From the NCBI GenBank assembly GCA_051942245.1, contig JAVECL010000080.1, positions 1-59,355 of the forward strand: DNA of 59,355 nt, given 5' to 3'. Positions 1 to 12,236 of the stretch are shown here, piece by piece. The position numbers and the translations under genes were made by a program. Origin of the DNA: Trypethelium eluteriae (lineage: Eukaryota). The notes below the pieces were generated by a model. The model made no database searches. It worked only from the letters and a program-made list of their open reading frames with translations, and had not been told where the DNA came from. Numbering within the stretch: the stretch's first letter is position 1; every line of letters starts with the position of its first letter.

Positions 1-3000
1 CATCCACCCCAATCAACCCCTCCGTCTCCTCTCCCTCTCCGTCTCCCTCCCCTTTCAACCCCTCCAGCACATCATAAAGCGCATAAACAACCTCACTCCT
101 CCTCTCCACCCTCGCCACCAACTCCTCCACCCTCCTCGCCAACACCACCCGCCTCCTCTTCCCACGACTCGGATCCGTGGCCGCATACGCGCGCTCCGCC
201 TCGCGCAGCTCCGCCTTCGTATGCGCCACCTCGTCCTCCGTGCGCGCGATCGCCGCGAGCAGCGCCTGCCGCGGCGGCTGCGACGGCCGGATCGTCACGT
301 CTTCGGTGTTTTCTGCTTGGCGCTGCTGCTGGGAGACAGGGACGACGGTGAAGGAGGCGAGCGCGGCGGTGGTGGTTGCGGAGGCTTTGGCGGCGGCGGC
401 GGAGCGCGAGAGGAGGTGCGGGCAGATGGTGCAGGTGGTGGGGTCGTGGGGGCAGAGGGAGTTGAGGACTTGTTTGGCTTCGGAGGAGAGGGTGGGCCGC
501 TCGTGGCTGCTGCTGCTGTTGTTGGGTCCGGCTTTCTGGGGGTGCAGCGTGATGTCTGGGAGGATGAAGGCGGAGGTCATTTCTTCGAAGTCGTGGAGGC
601 CGCTGTTGCGGTGGCGGCGGGAGGTCTTGCTTGTGGTGGAGTCGATGGTGTTGTCTTGAGTATGCTTGGCGCGAGTGGTACTTGATGAACGACGCTGGCG
701 ACTTGTCGTGTCGTCTTCGTTGCGTTGCTTGTCTCTCGATTTGAGGTCGCTGGTTGCACCACTGGTAGAGCGTGTGGCTGCATTGCCAGCAGATGCTTGG
801 ACGAAGTCCTTCATTGCGCTTTTACGCCTGGGAGCCTGGATATCGGTTTTCTCAACAGTCCCAACAGAACGAGTGGTCTCGGCATGTTCGTCGTGATACT
901 GGGCGGCCATGGCACGAGCCTCATGCAATGCCTTCCTTTCCTCTTCGAGAGCAGCGCGCAGCTTGGCAATATCATCTCCCTCAGTGAAGCTCTGGGCTGT
1001 CACGTCAATTTCCGAGTTTTGGGTATGATTCTTCTGATTCTCAGCCTTCATAGTGTTACCCTGCGCATGAGATCCTTGCTTCACGAAATCAAGGTCCGTG
1101 GTAGATTCGACCTCGCTCGCAGAATCGTCGCTCGCTTCTCGCATTGGCTGAACTGCAATCGGTTCCTGATGCTCAGCTGTTTTTGCCTCTCGAGGTCCTC
1201 CAATCTTATCACTTGCAAACTGCGCGTGATGGGAGACTCGCTTCTTTGGTGACGCGATCGTAGGACGATTGCCACCATCAGACCTCGTCCGACGAAGCTC
1301 CTGCTCAATGCGGTCTGAGATCTTAGTTTGCGTGTCTTTTTCAATCTTGGCACTGGCACGCCGAATGTTCGCTGGAAGATGCTGATTTTTGTAGCCTTGT
1401 ACGTTTTGCAGCTCTTGCGTTTCGTTTCTCGCCGAGAGTAGCTCTCGAGTAAGCTCGCGTGCTTCCTTGACAGCGTCGTCTTTCTTCTGAATTCTTGAGC
1501 GGAGTCGCTCCTCCTTCTTCGTCCAGTTCTGAGTCTCTTCCTCATGGTGCCCAAGCAACTTTGCCAACTGGTCTCGCAATGCTTGGTTCTCAGCACGAAA
1601 CGCATCATTTTCTCTCATCAGGATGTCATTTTCCTTCTCAAAAGAACCAATTTGCGCCTTAAAAGATTCGATGTCGCGCTTTAATTCTTCGACGTTGAAG
1701 TAAGCAACGCCTAATTGCGTGACAAGGTCATCGCGCTCCTGCGTCATGCGCTTGACTGATATATCAGACAATGAGTTTTGTTGCTCGGCCTTGTCTAAGC
1801 GTGTCTGTAATGTCTTTAATGAAGACTCGAGTTCTGGTAGATATATCAGCATGACTGTACTTCATAGTAGCCCAAAATGCAACTTACTGGCTCGTTCAGT
1901 CTTCCGCTTCGAAGGTCCTCTGCCTTCATCGTCTGTAGTACCAAGACCACTATCGTTGTGTCGGATCTCCTTTTGAGCCTGGGCTTGAGAACGTAGCTCA
2001 ATGATCTCGTTCTCGTATTTACCAAGCTTCTGATCCTTTTCATCCTTCTCAATCTCAAGCTGAGCTACTTTATCTTGGAGGAGGTGCAGTGATGCAAAAA
2101 TGGCTTTTTCATCATCTGGCATAGGAATGCCGTCGATCGGAAAGTGCACAGGTTGGGAGCCCTTTGGAGTTGCGCGGTTTGAGCTTGAAGCAAAGCGAGA
2201 ACGAGCCCTGGGTGTACGTGAGAAGACTGGAGTCCCGTCGGCGCGAACACCAGAGACAAGCTCTGTGATATTGGGAAGATCTGGGAGTATGAAGGACTGC
2301 ATTGTACCGGTCCCTACGGCAGCTTGTGGATTTGTTGATATACTATGCTGAACACGCCTAGGCGTTTCCATTCTATTTGCACCCAGGTTCAATCCATTTT
2401 CACCGCTGGTACTATTTGGAATGGCGTTACTTGGTACTGGGTTGTTTCGAATGCTGCCGAATCGCGTGCTCTTAGTCAGAGTTGCAGTAGGCTGAGGACG
2501 CTCCTCGCTCATATAGGACCCATCATATTCGTCCGTGACCCTCGCATGCATATGTGCAAGCGTGCTTGGCTTTCGCGTATTTTCGGATTTATTTGTGCCT
2601 GGGGAAGGTCCATCGATAGGCGCGGAAGGTACGCGAGGTTCTGCTGTCACAGCAGCAGACGTGCGTCTCGGTGGTGGGTCTTTCATCACACTCCCTTTGG
2701 CTCCATCATTCTTCGCTTTTCCTGACGGGCGCGGTTTTCCTGGGGGAGTTGCCGTGAGCTCCCAAAGACTGTTGTCACCCATAGAAAAGACGATGTTCTC
2801 AGTTGGATCTTCAGATGGCAAGTTCTGATTAGGGGTATTTTTCGAACTGCGCCGGTTGCCACGTCCCAACTCAATAGACATAGAGCTCTCGGACGACCCG
2901 TCCTGATCACCGAGAAGTCGTCCCGCAGCATCCACGTCGATATAGTAGCCATCGTCGAGGTAACGGTATCGAGCATTATTCTGCATTGTATTACGTATGC

Positions 3001-3214
3001 TTGGTAAGGCTTGTTGGGTCGAATTGTCCATCTGACGAGTCGAATTTAAAGCTTCGTTCTCGGGGTCGAAGGAAGAGGTAGTGACATCGTTACCGGTCTC
3101 GCGCTCAGCATTTGAGCCCGCATCTGAATTGGAACCTCGAGTACGGACGCGATCTTGAGTCAGGTCGCGAATGATTCGAGCCCGCTGCTGTTGAGCAGAT
3201 GGTGAGGGCGCCAT
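1..3214 (-). CDS. ppc89: Spindle pole body protein Ppc89/Cep57-like coiled-coil protein, 3'-partial (runs off window start); intron 1834-1887
   Basis: ORF 1862..3214 has QSFILPDLPNITELVSG and DEKAIFASLHLLQDKVAQLE. A GTAAGT...CAG intron leads into a long coiled-coil exon. Near base 1 the minus strand reads RSEVVYALYDVLEG, resembling the Cep57 microtubule-binding C-terminus. Confidence 0.8.
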
Positions 3215-3770
3215 GGTTTGCTCTATGGTCTCCCAGCTGCTTGCATGTGACAGGAGGGAGGATATTCAATTTACTGGGGAAGAATGTAATCGCTCGGGTT
3301 GCATGTGAATTTGCTGTGGATTAGTAGACGTGCATACAGACAGTGCTTTCTGTCGCGCGACTGCCCAGATGGGAGAGCAAACCAAGTGGGAGATTTGGTG
3401 GAAAGTGGTGCTGCATTTGTTTACTGCTGTTGTTTTGGGAAATAGCGTCGCTGGACCGTGCATGGCGGCGCTCGTAACCACCGATGTCAGTCTAAACTGC
3501 CGCACCCCTACTCTACAGGCACGTGCCATATAGCACACCAATCTCACAGAAAACTTCTTAACTTGCACAGTATAAGTGGGTGATGAATCTCAGAATCTCG
3601 TTGTTCGCAATCAAAGAATATGCTTGTGCGAGCATCAGACTAAAGGAAAAGCTACGAAGCCATGTCTAGAGGCTCTCCAAGAGCGAGTGAAATCTACAAT
3701 CCTTTCCTTGTGCAGATGCTCTCCGCCAAGCTTGAACACCTCCGATGCGAGTCCATGCAGAGGCAAAGAT

Positions 3771-5540
3771 CTACTGAAGAAGTGGGTCCTGCAAGATATT
3801 AGTCGAATTACGTTCCAGCTTGCCTCCGTACGCTGTAAGCTTACCCTGAAGTGTTTCTGGAAATTCGATCGCCTCTCATTGCCCCACTGGTAACGTGCTT
3901 GAGCCCTTTGCTCCTTTCTCCGTTCTCTCTTCTCAATAGCTTGGGCTTCTCTCTTCCTTGGTTCGGACACTCCAACCATACCCATCCCACCGTTCGCTCG
4001 ACTGATTATGGCACGATTATGCTCTCGGCCTCGTGGAGGAGTCTGCCCCTCCATTTCGGTGTCGGAATCAGATTCGTTGGTGATCATTCGCTGTTCTTGC
4101 CTTTCAGCTGGTGTGGGGTAATTTCGAAGATTTTGCCGGTAGTATCTATTCAGAGACCTATGTCCAGCAGTCCGGCCCGATGGTAGATGCATCTCGAACT
4201 CGTCGTGATAGACAGCATGAGGCACATGATGTGCATGTGAATGGAATCCATCTGAATTCTGATGTGGTCGTGGATCGCTATGTGAATGATGCCGATGTCG
4301 TCCTAATTGCTGATATCGATGGGAGAAGTCCTGGATGGGCACAGCGCCAATCTCATCTGTAGGAACGGAAGAGAGTGTGCTGTCACTCTCCCAACCGTCT
4401 TCGTCCTCGTTGACCATTTCCTCGTCACCGTTTCCACCGACGGCAGAGACACTGATTATTTCGCCTCGCTTGGCACCAAGCTTAACGCCGCCAGATCGAA
4501 GCTGTACTCCATCTTCCGGCCCTTCCTCCTCTTCGTCATCAGAGTATGTACTTCGAAAATCATAGAACTGCCCAATTTCCAGCATATCTTCCTCGCTGTC
4601 GTATGCTATCATGCAGTGGCCCACGTCCCGCATATGAGCCTGTGCCCCGACAGCCGTGTGCTTTACTTGATGGCAATACAGGCATTCGTGTAGATCTATG
4701 ACCTTCTCATGTAGATATGTGACCAAGCCTCCTGCATCCACCAAGTATTCATGCTCCGGAATAAAAAGACCGTGTTGTTTTCTCATGTGTGCTAAATTCT
4801 CCGACAAGTCCGGCAAGATAAAACTGCAGAACAAGCACTGTACCGATGGCTCCACTGACGTGACTGCCGAATCCTGTACCGATGGCACCGGCGTTCCTGT
4901 ACCCGCGTCCGATATTGAATGTTCCATCTGAGTTTGAGCTTCCGATGGTGTTGGCCGATGAGGGCGCCTCGATATCGGTGACTTCAGTTCCCCTTCTTCC
5001 AGCGACGTCTCCTTTATACCATTCACGGTTTCCGCAAATTCTTCATCGGCTGTTTTATCGCCCATTGCACCAGTTGGTGTTTGCAACGGCTCGCCTAGCG
5101 AAAAGTTTGAGCTCATGACAGAGGTTGCATCCTCTTCTCTCTCCGGAGGTCTGTGACTTATCTTTGCCAGGAGCGCGCGATGTTTCTGACTGCTTAAGTG
5201 GTTCTGATATGCATTCTCACTGTAGTATGTTTTTCGGCATGCATTACAGGTCTTCTCGAATGACGCCCGAGCAGCAGTAGCAGCAACAGAAGCTTTGTTC
5301 GCCAGCACCTTCTCGGCAAATACTTCAGAAGTCAGGGGAGGTAGGGAAGCCACTCGTCGTTTCAGATTGTACCGGCTAGCTATAATAAGGACTTTGAGAA
5401 ACTCGTTGGCTGCGGGGTTTAACTTACTGCCAGTCGCTCTGCATGTGAGTCCGTTGCAACTCGCTGGACCGAAAAGCGACCTGACAAGAGTTACAGGTAA
5501 AAGGATGGGTTGTCCCATTCGTTGTGTGAGAAGCCGACAT
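3771..5540 (-). CDS. REI1: Cytoplasmic pre-60S maturation factor Rei1/Reh1 (ZNF622 family, C2H2 fingers); introns 5376-5427 and 3789-3844
   Basis: Spliced start MSASHTTNGTTHPFTCNSCQVAFRSSELQRTHMQSDWHRYNLKRRVASLPP; internal CLFC..HM...HGLFIPE and CLYC...HM...GHC fingers; GHRSLNRYYRQ; C-terminus FQKHFRDPLLQ* after splicing. Confidence 0.93.
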
Positions 5541-6230
5541 TTCGTAAGAATCCAGGAAGACTGATCTATAGGCTGACTTCGAGATGCTGTCTAGCAAAGA
5601 ATGAGACGTGAGAGAATGGACAACGGTTATGCAGCGAATGCGAGATACGGGGAGAAGCCGAAGCGGTGATGATTATGACTGATACGGAAGTGTCCGACCG
5701 GGGGTGAGGATAGATGATATAAGCACAAAAGTTTTGAACGAGTCTTACGAAATACTGTAAGCCTCTAACGAGTTTTCGCCGAGCGTGAATGGAACTGGTG
5801 GCGAGAAAACACGCACACCGTGAAGGGCAAAGGTGAACGCACGATGTTGGTGGGGTTGAAAAATGACGCACATGCTGAATCGGTGCGGCACAGCGGACCG
5901 ATGCAGGCATCTGCTGCAGGGTCGGCCGCAATCCATCCACGGCTTCTCGTACCGCCACGCTTCCTAAGACGGATGCAGCCTCGTCGGGATTAATTGCAGC
6001 TATCTCAGTATCTATCTGGGTAGTCTGTTCTGCATGTCACTGCTTTGTCACCGACTTCTCGAGCCGCTCTTTGCGGCACAGCGCGGGGTAAAGATAGATC
6101 GATAGCGAGGTCAGGTAATGATAAATAAGGAAATCCCTTAAGCTTTCTTCAAATAAGATCCGTGATAAGTTTTCCCTGCGTCGATAACTCTAAGCACGCT
6201 ACGAAGAGCTATCATAAAAAAAATACCACT

Positions 6231-6767
6231 ATGGCTGAATCCACCGACAAATCCAAACCCTACTTTCCCCTGGCTGGTGGCGCCAGTGACGGCTGGACCA
6301 AAGAAGACGAAGCGACAGCCACCTGCTTCTGCGGAGCCGTGCAGCTAGCTTTCCCAACCCAAGGTCCCGGCCTTGTGAACAGCTTCATCTGCAACTGCTC
6401 GGACTGCCACAAACTCACCGTCTCCATGTTCGCCTCCAACTTCACAGTCGAGGACTCGCATCTCAAGCACCTACGCGGCCGCGAGAACCTGAAGACCTAC
6501 AGCCAGTCGAAAACCGTTCAATCGGGCAACAACATGACCAACCACTTCTGTTCCATCTGCGGTTCGCTGATGTATCGCGTCAGCTCGGGTTGGCCGGGGA
6601 AGAGCATCATGCGTATCGGCTCCATAGACGATTTCCATCTGATGGAGACCAAGTTAAAGCCCAGAGTCGAACAGTTTGTCAAGCAACGGGTAGATTGGTT
6701 GAAGGGGGCAGAGGGGGTCAAGCAGGTTCATGATAACTATTTTGCCAATCACCACGCTGATCTTTGA
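6231..6767 (+). CDS. GFA/CENP-V (Mss4-like) zinc-binding protein, glutathione-dependent formaldehyde-activating family
   Basis: ATCFCGAV, CNCSDCHK and HFCSICGS cysteine motifs; intronless; ATG at 6231. Confidence 0.88.
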   Translation: MAESTDKSKPYFPLAGGASDGWTKEDEATATCFCGAVQLAFPTQGPGLVNSFICNCSDCHKLTVSMFASNFTVEDSHLKHLRGRENLKTYSQSKTVQSGNNMTNHFCSICGSLMYRVSSGWPGKSIMRIGSIDDFHLMETKLKPRVEQFVKQRVDWLKGAEGVKQVHDNYFANHHADL

Positions 6768-7432
6768 GAGAGTCCGGCAAGGTTGAGAAGGGTTTGCAAT
6801 GGCCAGTCCTTTGCTGCTAACATGGGCTTGGTCAGGTCGACTTAGGATTACATAGCTCCCGCCCTGCAGTACTTAGTCAGTGCTTGATCTAAACTGATAG
6901 ATTGCACGCGCTTCAAGACGGAAAATGTACTGTTCAGGAGGTCTCGTCTCGGACAGTCTGTCAAAAATTACTAGGTACTATTGAAAGCGCAAGTTAGAAT
7001 CCAGACGATCAGGAATAACTTACGGCAGATTGTCCTTGACAGTGCTCATCTTAGTCTTCACACTTCTAAGACCGCGCAGTGAGAGATCCTAGACTTCGCA
7101 TCTTTTTGTTATGGTCCATCCGGCTGAATGAATAATGATAAGCTCTCTCCATGATCAACGTTTACAGCCGCAATCTCGAGATCGTATGCTTTGACCATGG
7201 CTAGATTTCCTGCCATGGTACAGCAACCACAGTCCAACTAGGGTATTGACAGTCGCGGATGACAGTATAAAGCGCACGCTTGAAGATTGCCCTGCCGGAC
7301 TAGGTCTCGTTTCCATACCGGCGCCGTCTATTTGCTCTTTTCTTATTGAAGATTGGTCGACCTAATCCAAACCGTCATGCGCATATTCTGACCAACGTAG
7401 TGTGTCCGGTCTTGCAGGTTGGCCCTAATTTT

Positions 7433-7899
7433 CTAGACAGCAAGTAAAGGTCTATTTGCATCAGATGTGGGGAGGGTCGAAAGGTTGAGTATTAGCATCC
7501 CAAAATCATTGGTAGTCCGCTCTCTGTGTGTCAAGTCTCGTGATATCACCTCTGTAGGGAAATGGCGTTAATATGCGTTGAGAGACTTATGGTCGAATCA
7601 CATACTAACACAACCGGCTTCTGGGTCTAGGACATCTCCAATTTTGATCGTCACTGTGCCAAGGAAGCCATCGTCCGTCCTTCCAGACCCCTTTTGGTCG
7701 AAAACATCAACTCTAAGGACACTGGTCTCAGTTACGTACATACTTGCTCAGTCAGCTTCTGTAATTTGCGGTGTTAACCACCCGAATACGTACGGAACAA
7801 ACGTCTCACTCCAATAAGGATTCGGAGTCTTCGAAATCACTTTTGTTTTGTGGAGCGGTCCGTTATCGATACTGGCTAAAGCATATGCGTTTGGCAAAC
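7433..7899 (-). CDS. Rsp5/Nedd4-like C2 domain in three exons (7794-7899, 7606-7742, 7433-7551); probable 3' part of the adjacent kinase gene or a captured fragment
   Basis: Not in the ORF track. Splicing GTACGT..AAG and GTATGT..CAG introns gives LPNAYALASIDNGPLHKTKVISKTPNPYWSETFVPMYVTETSVLRVDVFDQKGSGRTDDGFLGTVTIKIGDVLDPEAGCVKVISRDLTHRERTTNDFGMLILNLSTLPTSDANRPLLAV*. This is colinear with the fungal Rsp5 C2 domain as recalled (NPYWNE.F, IFDQKK, QGFLG, IGDV, TRDL, LIINLST). Confidence 0.75.
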
Positions 7900-8281
7900 C
7901 TGTCTATTTATGAGCGTCACTATCGTATTCCAAGAAATATAACTCTGCTTCTCTGTGTTAACACTGTGTCATTACTATGTCAGTCAGAATATAGCGACAA
8001 TATAATATCACGCGCTACTTGTATACAATTTAAAACACGTATTATCAATTCTACGCATCACGATCTTTTACGGTGTCTACATGTGCTCGCTTGTTTACAC
8101 CATATCGACACCTTGAAACAGCTGCACGGACGAGCGAGAAGATACTTATCGAAGCTATCGCGTTGCGAATGCCTAAAGGCGGAGCTCCACCGAAAATGTC
8201 GGGCTTCCGGGCAGCGGCTACTGTCTACTGTTAGAGTACCCGAGACCCTTTGACGAATAAACGCAAAACTTCTTAGCTCAC

Positions 8282-9795
8282 CTGTTCGTTGGGTACTGCG
8301 CCGAAACATTTTGTTATCAGTATTGTTCACTTTCTTTGATCTTGGTTCATAGTGCGATCCTTCCAGCTTCCAATATGGCGCTTCTTCTTCGGATTCCCGA
8401 AGGGCTCCGAAACCGGGGTTGAAAGAGAAATCTGACCCTTCGTCATCCTCCATTCGAAATTTAGACGGTTGTCCCACTTTGAGCGCATGACTCTGATGAT
8501 ACATTGAGTTCTTTAATACTGCCAGTTGACGCTCCTGATCCGGCAAAGGGTCTCTAGCAGACAAATCTAAATCTTGAAAATGCGGCACTGTTTTCATAGT
8601 CTCCGTAGCTGAGATAGCGCTCCATCTCGCCGATGCCTCTGGGATTGACACTGTTCGAGGTTCTCCTTTCTCTAGTCGAAGGCGGTGGGCAACCGACAAT
8701 AGATTGGAAGCGGAGTCTCTTTGAATATCGATACTAGGCCGCTTCATCCAAGAATGAAGAAGGGCGTCACTTGTATTTATCCGAAAATGGGGATCGACGG
8801 CCATCAGGGCAATGACGAACCGAGTTGCATCGTCTCCGGCACAAGATCTGAGCCGCTCCGAAGGGAACTCATTTACGCCTCGACAGTAGTCTCCAAGCAA
8901 GTCTAGACTTTGAAAACGTGTGCTCGCCGGTCAACATTCGAAAGACAATCTCTCCCAAAGCCCACATGTCTGCCAGCTGGGGGTCACCGCGGTTCGGAGC
9001 AGACGTCGAACGAACGAAGCCCAGCATCTCTGGCGCCATAAATTCCAGCGTACCTTTGACTGTCGAAGGCGCGTTTCTATCTCCCGCACGCTTGCTAATC
9101 CCAAAATCAGTAAGTTTCACCCACCAAGCCTCCGGTGGTTGCGATTTAATGAGGATGTTCTGGCGCAAGATAATCTATAAGCTGATGTACCTCTGATATG
9201 TTGGAGTGAACCTACTCACAGCTGGTTTCAAGTCTCTGTGGGCAAATCCATTCTCATGCATATCATGTAGGCCTTCAAGTATTTGACGTGTAAGCTCCTG
9301 AGCCTCTTCCACAGCCAGCGAAGACATTCGAGAAAGGTAGCGGTGGAGATCGCCATATGGGCAATATTCTAAGGCAATATAGATTGCTTCTGGATCGTCA
9401 TACCAGCCGAAGGATTTCACAAAGCAGGCCTCGTACTAGGATGCATTAGCCATTTATAGTACCTTTCAGGAAGCAAGCCCTTGATTTACCTTAGCATTTG
9501 AAAATTTCGCGACTGCCTCCAGTTCTCTACGAAAATCAAAAGTGCTCGACGAGTTTGAGAGGTTTCGGACCATCTTCACCGCGCGCAGTTGGCCCTCATT
9601 GCTGCCCTTGACGCATTTCTCCAGCCAAACTCGCCCAAATGATCCATGCCCAAGATCTTTTTCCCGCTTCCAGTATTCTTCGCGAAGGACGCGTCGCCGG
9701 CTGCCACTGGCTTCGAGGTAACGGTGGACCGTGTGGCCATTGATGTGACGAGTCTCAAGTTTGGAGTCGCGTACGAGATCAGGCACTGCCGGCAT
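8282..9795 (-). pseudogene. Ser/Thr protein kinase with C-terminal extension; introns 9436-9489 and 9160-9219; +1 frameshift at 8913-8916; 3' end uncertain
   Basis: Motifs GHGSFG, RAVK, HRDLKPAN, DFG, MAPE and DMWALG. Removing one T from the TTTT run gives GEHTFQSLDLLGDYCRG and joins the frame carrying LMAVDPHFRINTSDALLHSW (subdomain XI). A GTGAGC donor lies at 8281. Confidence 0.8.
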
Positions 9796-10262
9796 TACGC
9801 TTTCAATCCTTGTGGGCCTCTCTTCAAACGGGTTCTAAAGTGACACTGTGTACCAACTTACTATATGAAACACGTCCTTTCGTGCAACCTTGACCGGGCC
9901 CTGAGGCACTCAAAGGCCGACACCCCCTTGGCTCCTACTCCTGAGTTAGCTACAGTGTAGCGTATACCGTGATCTCAGGATATCACGGTAGCACCGAGTA
10001 ATAGGAGTTGGCATAGGTATCAGCATCTCCCGGTAAAGCGCGAATAGTGATTATCAAGACAACAGCACCAGCAGCACCACGAGGTATTTCATATGACAAG
10101 GCTGAGGATGCGATGGGGCTGGCTCTGAAACTTTTGATTGGATAATTTCGACATGGGCAGGTTGTGGCGTATTATGCCACGACCGACGAACATTACAATC
10201 TCCAATATCTGCCCAAGTGGTCCCTTCTCCCGGAATGTTTCCTATGACTGAACCCTACCGTC
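9796..10262. promoter_or_regulatory. Shared divergent promoter region (467 bp) between the kinase and the HeLo-like/pseudokinase genes
   Basis: The two ATGs (9795 minus, 10263 plus) face away from each other; a TATA-like CTATATGAAA lies near 9861. Confidence 0.5.
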
Positions 10263-11902
10263 ATGGCTGGTGTAGATCTCGCACTTGCCACTGTGGGTGC
10301 AGTAGACGTGACATTGAGGTGAGACAGGCTTCAGCGGCTCCGCCTACTTGTTAGCACCATGAATCTTTCGTAATCTAATCCTTCGCAGATACGGCAAACT
10401 TCTTATAGAGACTTGCCGTGCATTCAAACATGCCGAGGAAGAAATACGTGAACGAGCGCTTCATATCGAGAGCTGCTGGAAGCGCACGAGCTTGCAGCTG
10501 GATTTCCTCTGTCGGGTTTGGGGAGAGCTTGATCAGGAACATCAGTCCATACAAAATGAAATCTTGACTGTTCTCAACGAAAAACTGAGGTCTGCAGATC
10601 AGAAGTTGAAGAGCTATCTCAAAGAACAGCAGCCTCCTACCAATGTGATTACTGACCGCACGCAGTCTCATACTGGAAAGGTGAAGAGATTCAAGTACGC
10701 ATCATTGAAAGAGTCTCTAGACAGGACCATCAGAGACTTGGAGTCGTGGCAGAAGATGTTTGATCCCTCGTGGTTCCTTATCATGAGAGTTGCAAGCCAG
10801 CATGTCGACATGGAGTTGGATCGAAGCCACCAGGCCAGTCCAATGATGACAACCGCTTCCAGCGTTCGCGATTCATTGAGGGAACATCCCCAGCAACCTA
10901 TCTCTGTGTTTCTACCAGAAAATAGACTTTATACGGCTCAGTTCACAGACATACCATTTAGCTCAGCGAAATTATTGCATTGGGCAGATTCTACCAGATG
11001 GTTTCTTGTCGATCCAATTTCGTGCGATTCTCGCTTGGAATTCGATCAGCGGAGGAAGGCGGTCCGTGACCTGGCCAGGAAGCTGATGATAGTTGAGCCA
11101 ACAACGTTTGCGCTCCTGAAATGTGTTGGCGCTGTTGCAAACACATAACATGAGTTCCTGCTAGTCTTTAAAACGCCAGATAAAGCCTTTATTCCTCAGA
11201 CCCTACGAACCACTCTATTGTTGAGAGGTACACACCACTCGCTTCCCGAGAGACTTCGACTTGCTACACAACTCTCGAGGGCAATCTGCTCCATCCATAC
11301 ATTCGGCTTTGTGCACAAGAGTATTCGGCCCGAGAATATCATGCTGTTCCAGGACGAGGACTCGAAACTAGGATCTGCCTTCCTTCTAGGATTTGAAAAG
11401 ATCCGTCTTGAAGAAGGCGGTACAAAGTTAAGAGGTGATAATGCTTGGGAGAAGAACCTATACCGACACCCTGAACGGCAAGGTGTGGACTTCCAAGCAT
11501 CGTATGTCATGCAGCACAACATATATAGCCTCGGAGTTTGCCTACTAGAGATTGGCCTTTGGCAGTCTTTCGTGCATTACAGCGGCACAGACTCGGAGCA
11601 TGCTGAGCCAGGAAATTATGAGTTTTCCGGAGAAGCGGAGTCCGTCAAGAACGAACTAATTGCTTTAGCCAACGAGAAGCTCCCGAGTTATATGGGGAGT
11701 AAGTATGCGATGATCGTCAAGACTTGTCTTACTTGCTTGGATGAGGGAATTGAGGATTTCGGAGATGAAGATGAATTGCAGGATGAGGATGGTGTTTTGG
11801 TTGCTGTGAGATACATAGAAAAAGTAAGTCACCATGAACATCTCATCTGAAACCAGCTTACGGTCCAAGGTTCTTCTCCAACTTAGTAGTATTTCAGTAT
11901 AA
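10263..11902 (+). pseudogene. HeLo-like (HET-S N-terminal type) helical domain + kinase-fold pseudokinase; introns 10319-10388 and 11824-11869; in-frame TAA at 11146-11148
   Basis: Spliced N-terminus MAGVDLALATVGAVDVTLRYGKLLIETCRAFKHAEEEIRER with a hydrophobic first helix; KRFKYASLKESLDRTIRDLESWQKMFDPSWFL. C-lobe has VHKSIRPENI, LLGFEKIR, NLYRHPERQG and HNIYSLGVCLLEIGLW. ORFs 10492..11148 and 11218..11850 are in the same frame, separated by a single stop. Confidence 0.75.
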
Positions 11903-12011
11903 ACTTACCTGAATTGCATGCGCTATCAGATTATGAAACAGAAGTGGATTCAAGGTGCGCAGGCGTGCTCATTCAAAAGCATCGCACTCCTTGCCTGGAG
12001 GAGACCCTGTC

Positions 12012-12236
12012 TGCCGCGTCTTATCCATGGAGTACATGACGTCCCCAACCACAGAATCATCCGTCAAGAAGGAGGGTAAGAGAGCAGCTGAGACTTTGAG
12101 CTACAGAGAAGCCAAGCAAGAAATTTATAATCACTGCGAGAATGTCTACGTCTGTAGGCGTTGTTCGTAAAGCCGCTAGAAAGATTAGAGTAGGAGTTCT
12201 GCTGACCATTGCTATTAACCATCCGCTGCTCATAGC
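12012..12236 (+). repeat. Degenerate direct duplicate of sequence upstream of and within the ALDH gene
   Basis: 12012-12188 aligns ungapped to 16735-16911 (36 mismatches in 177 nt, hand count). 12197-12236 matches 17752-17791 (37/40), the ALDH intron acceptor and the NHPLLIA exon. Confidence 0.85.

Noticed and set aside
177..1608. Several overlapping ORFs (177..659, 221..685, 725..1252, 1081..1608)
   Set aside because: Antisense or off-frame shadows of the ppc89 second exon, favoured by high GC.
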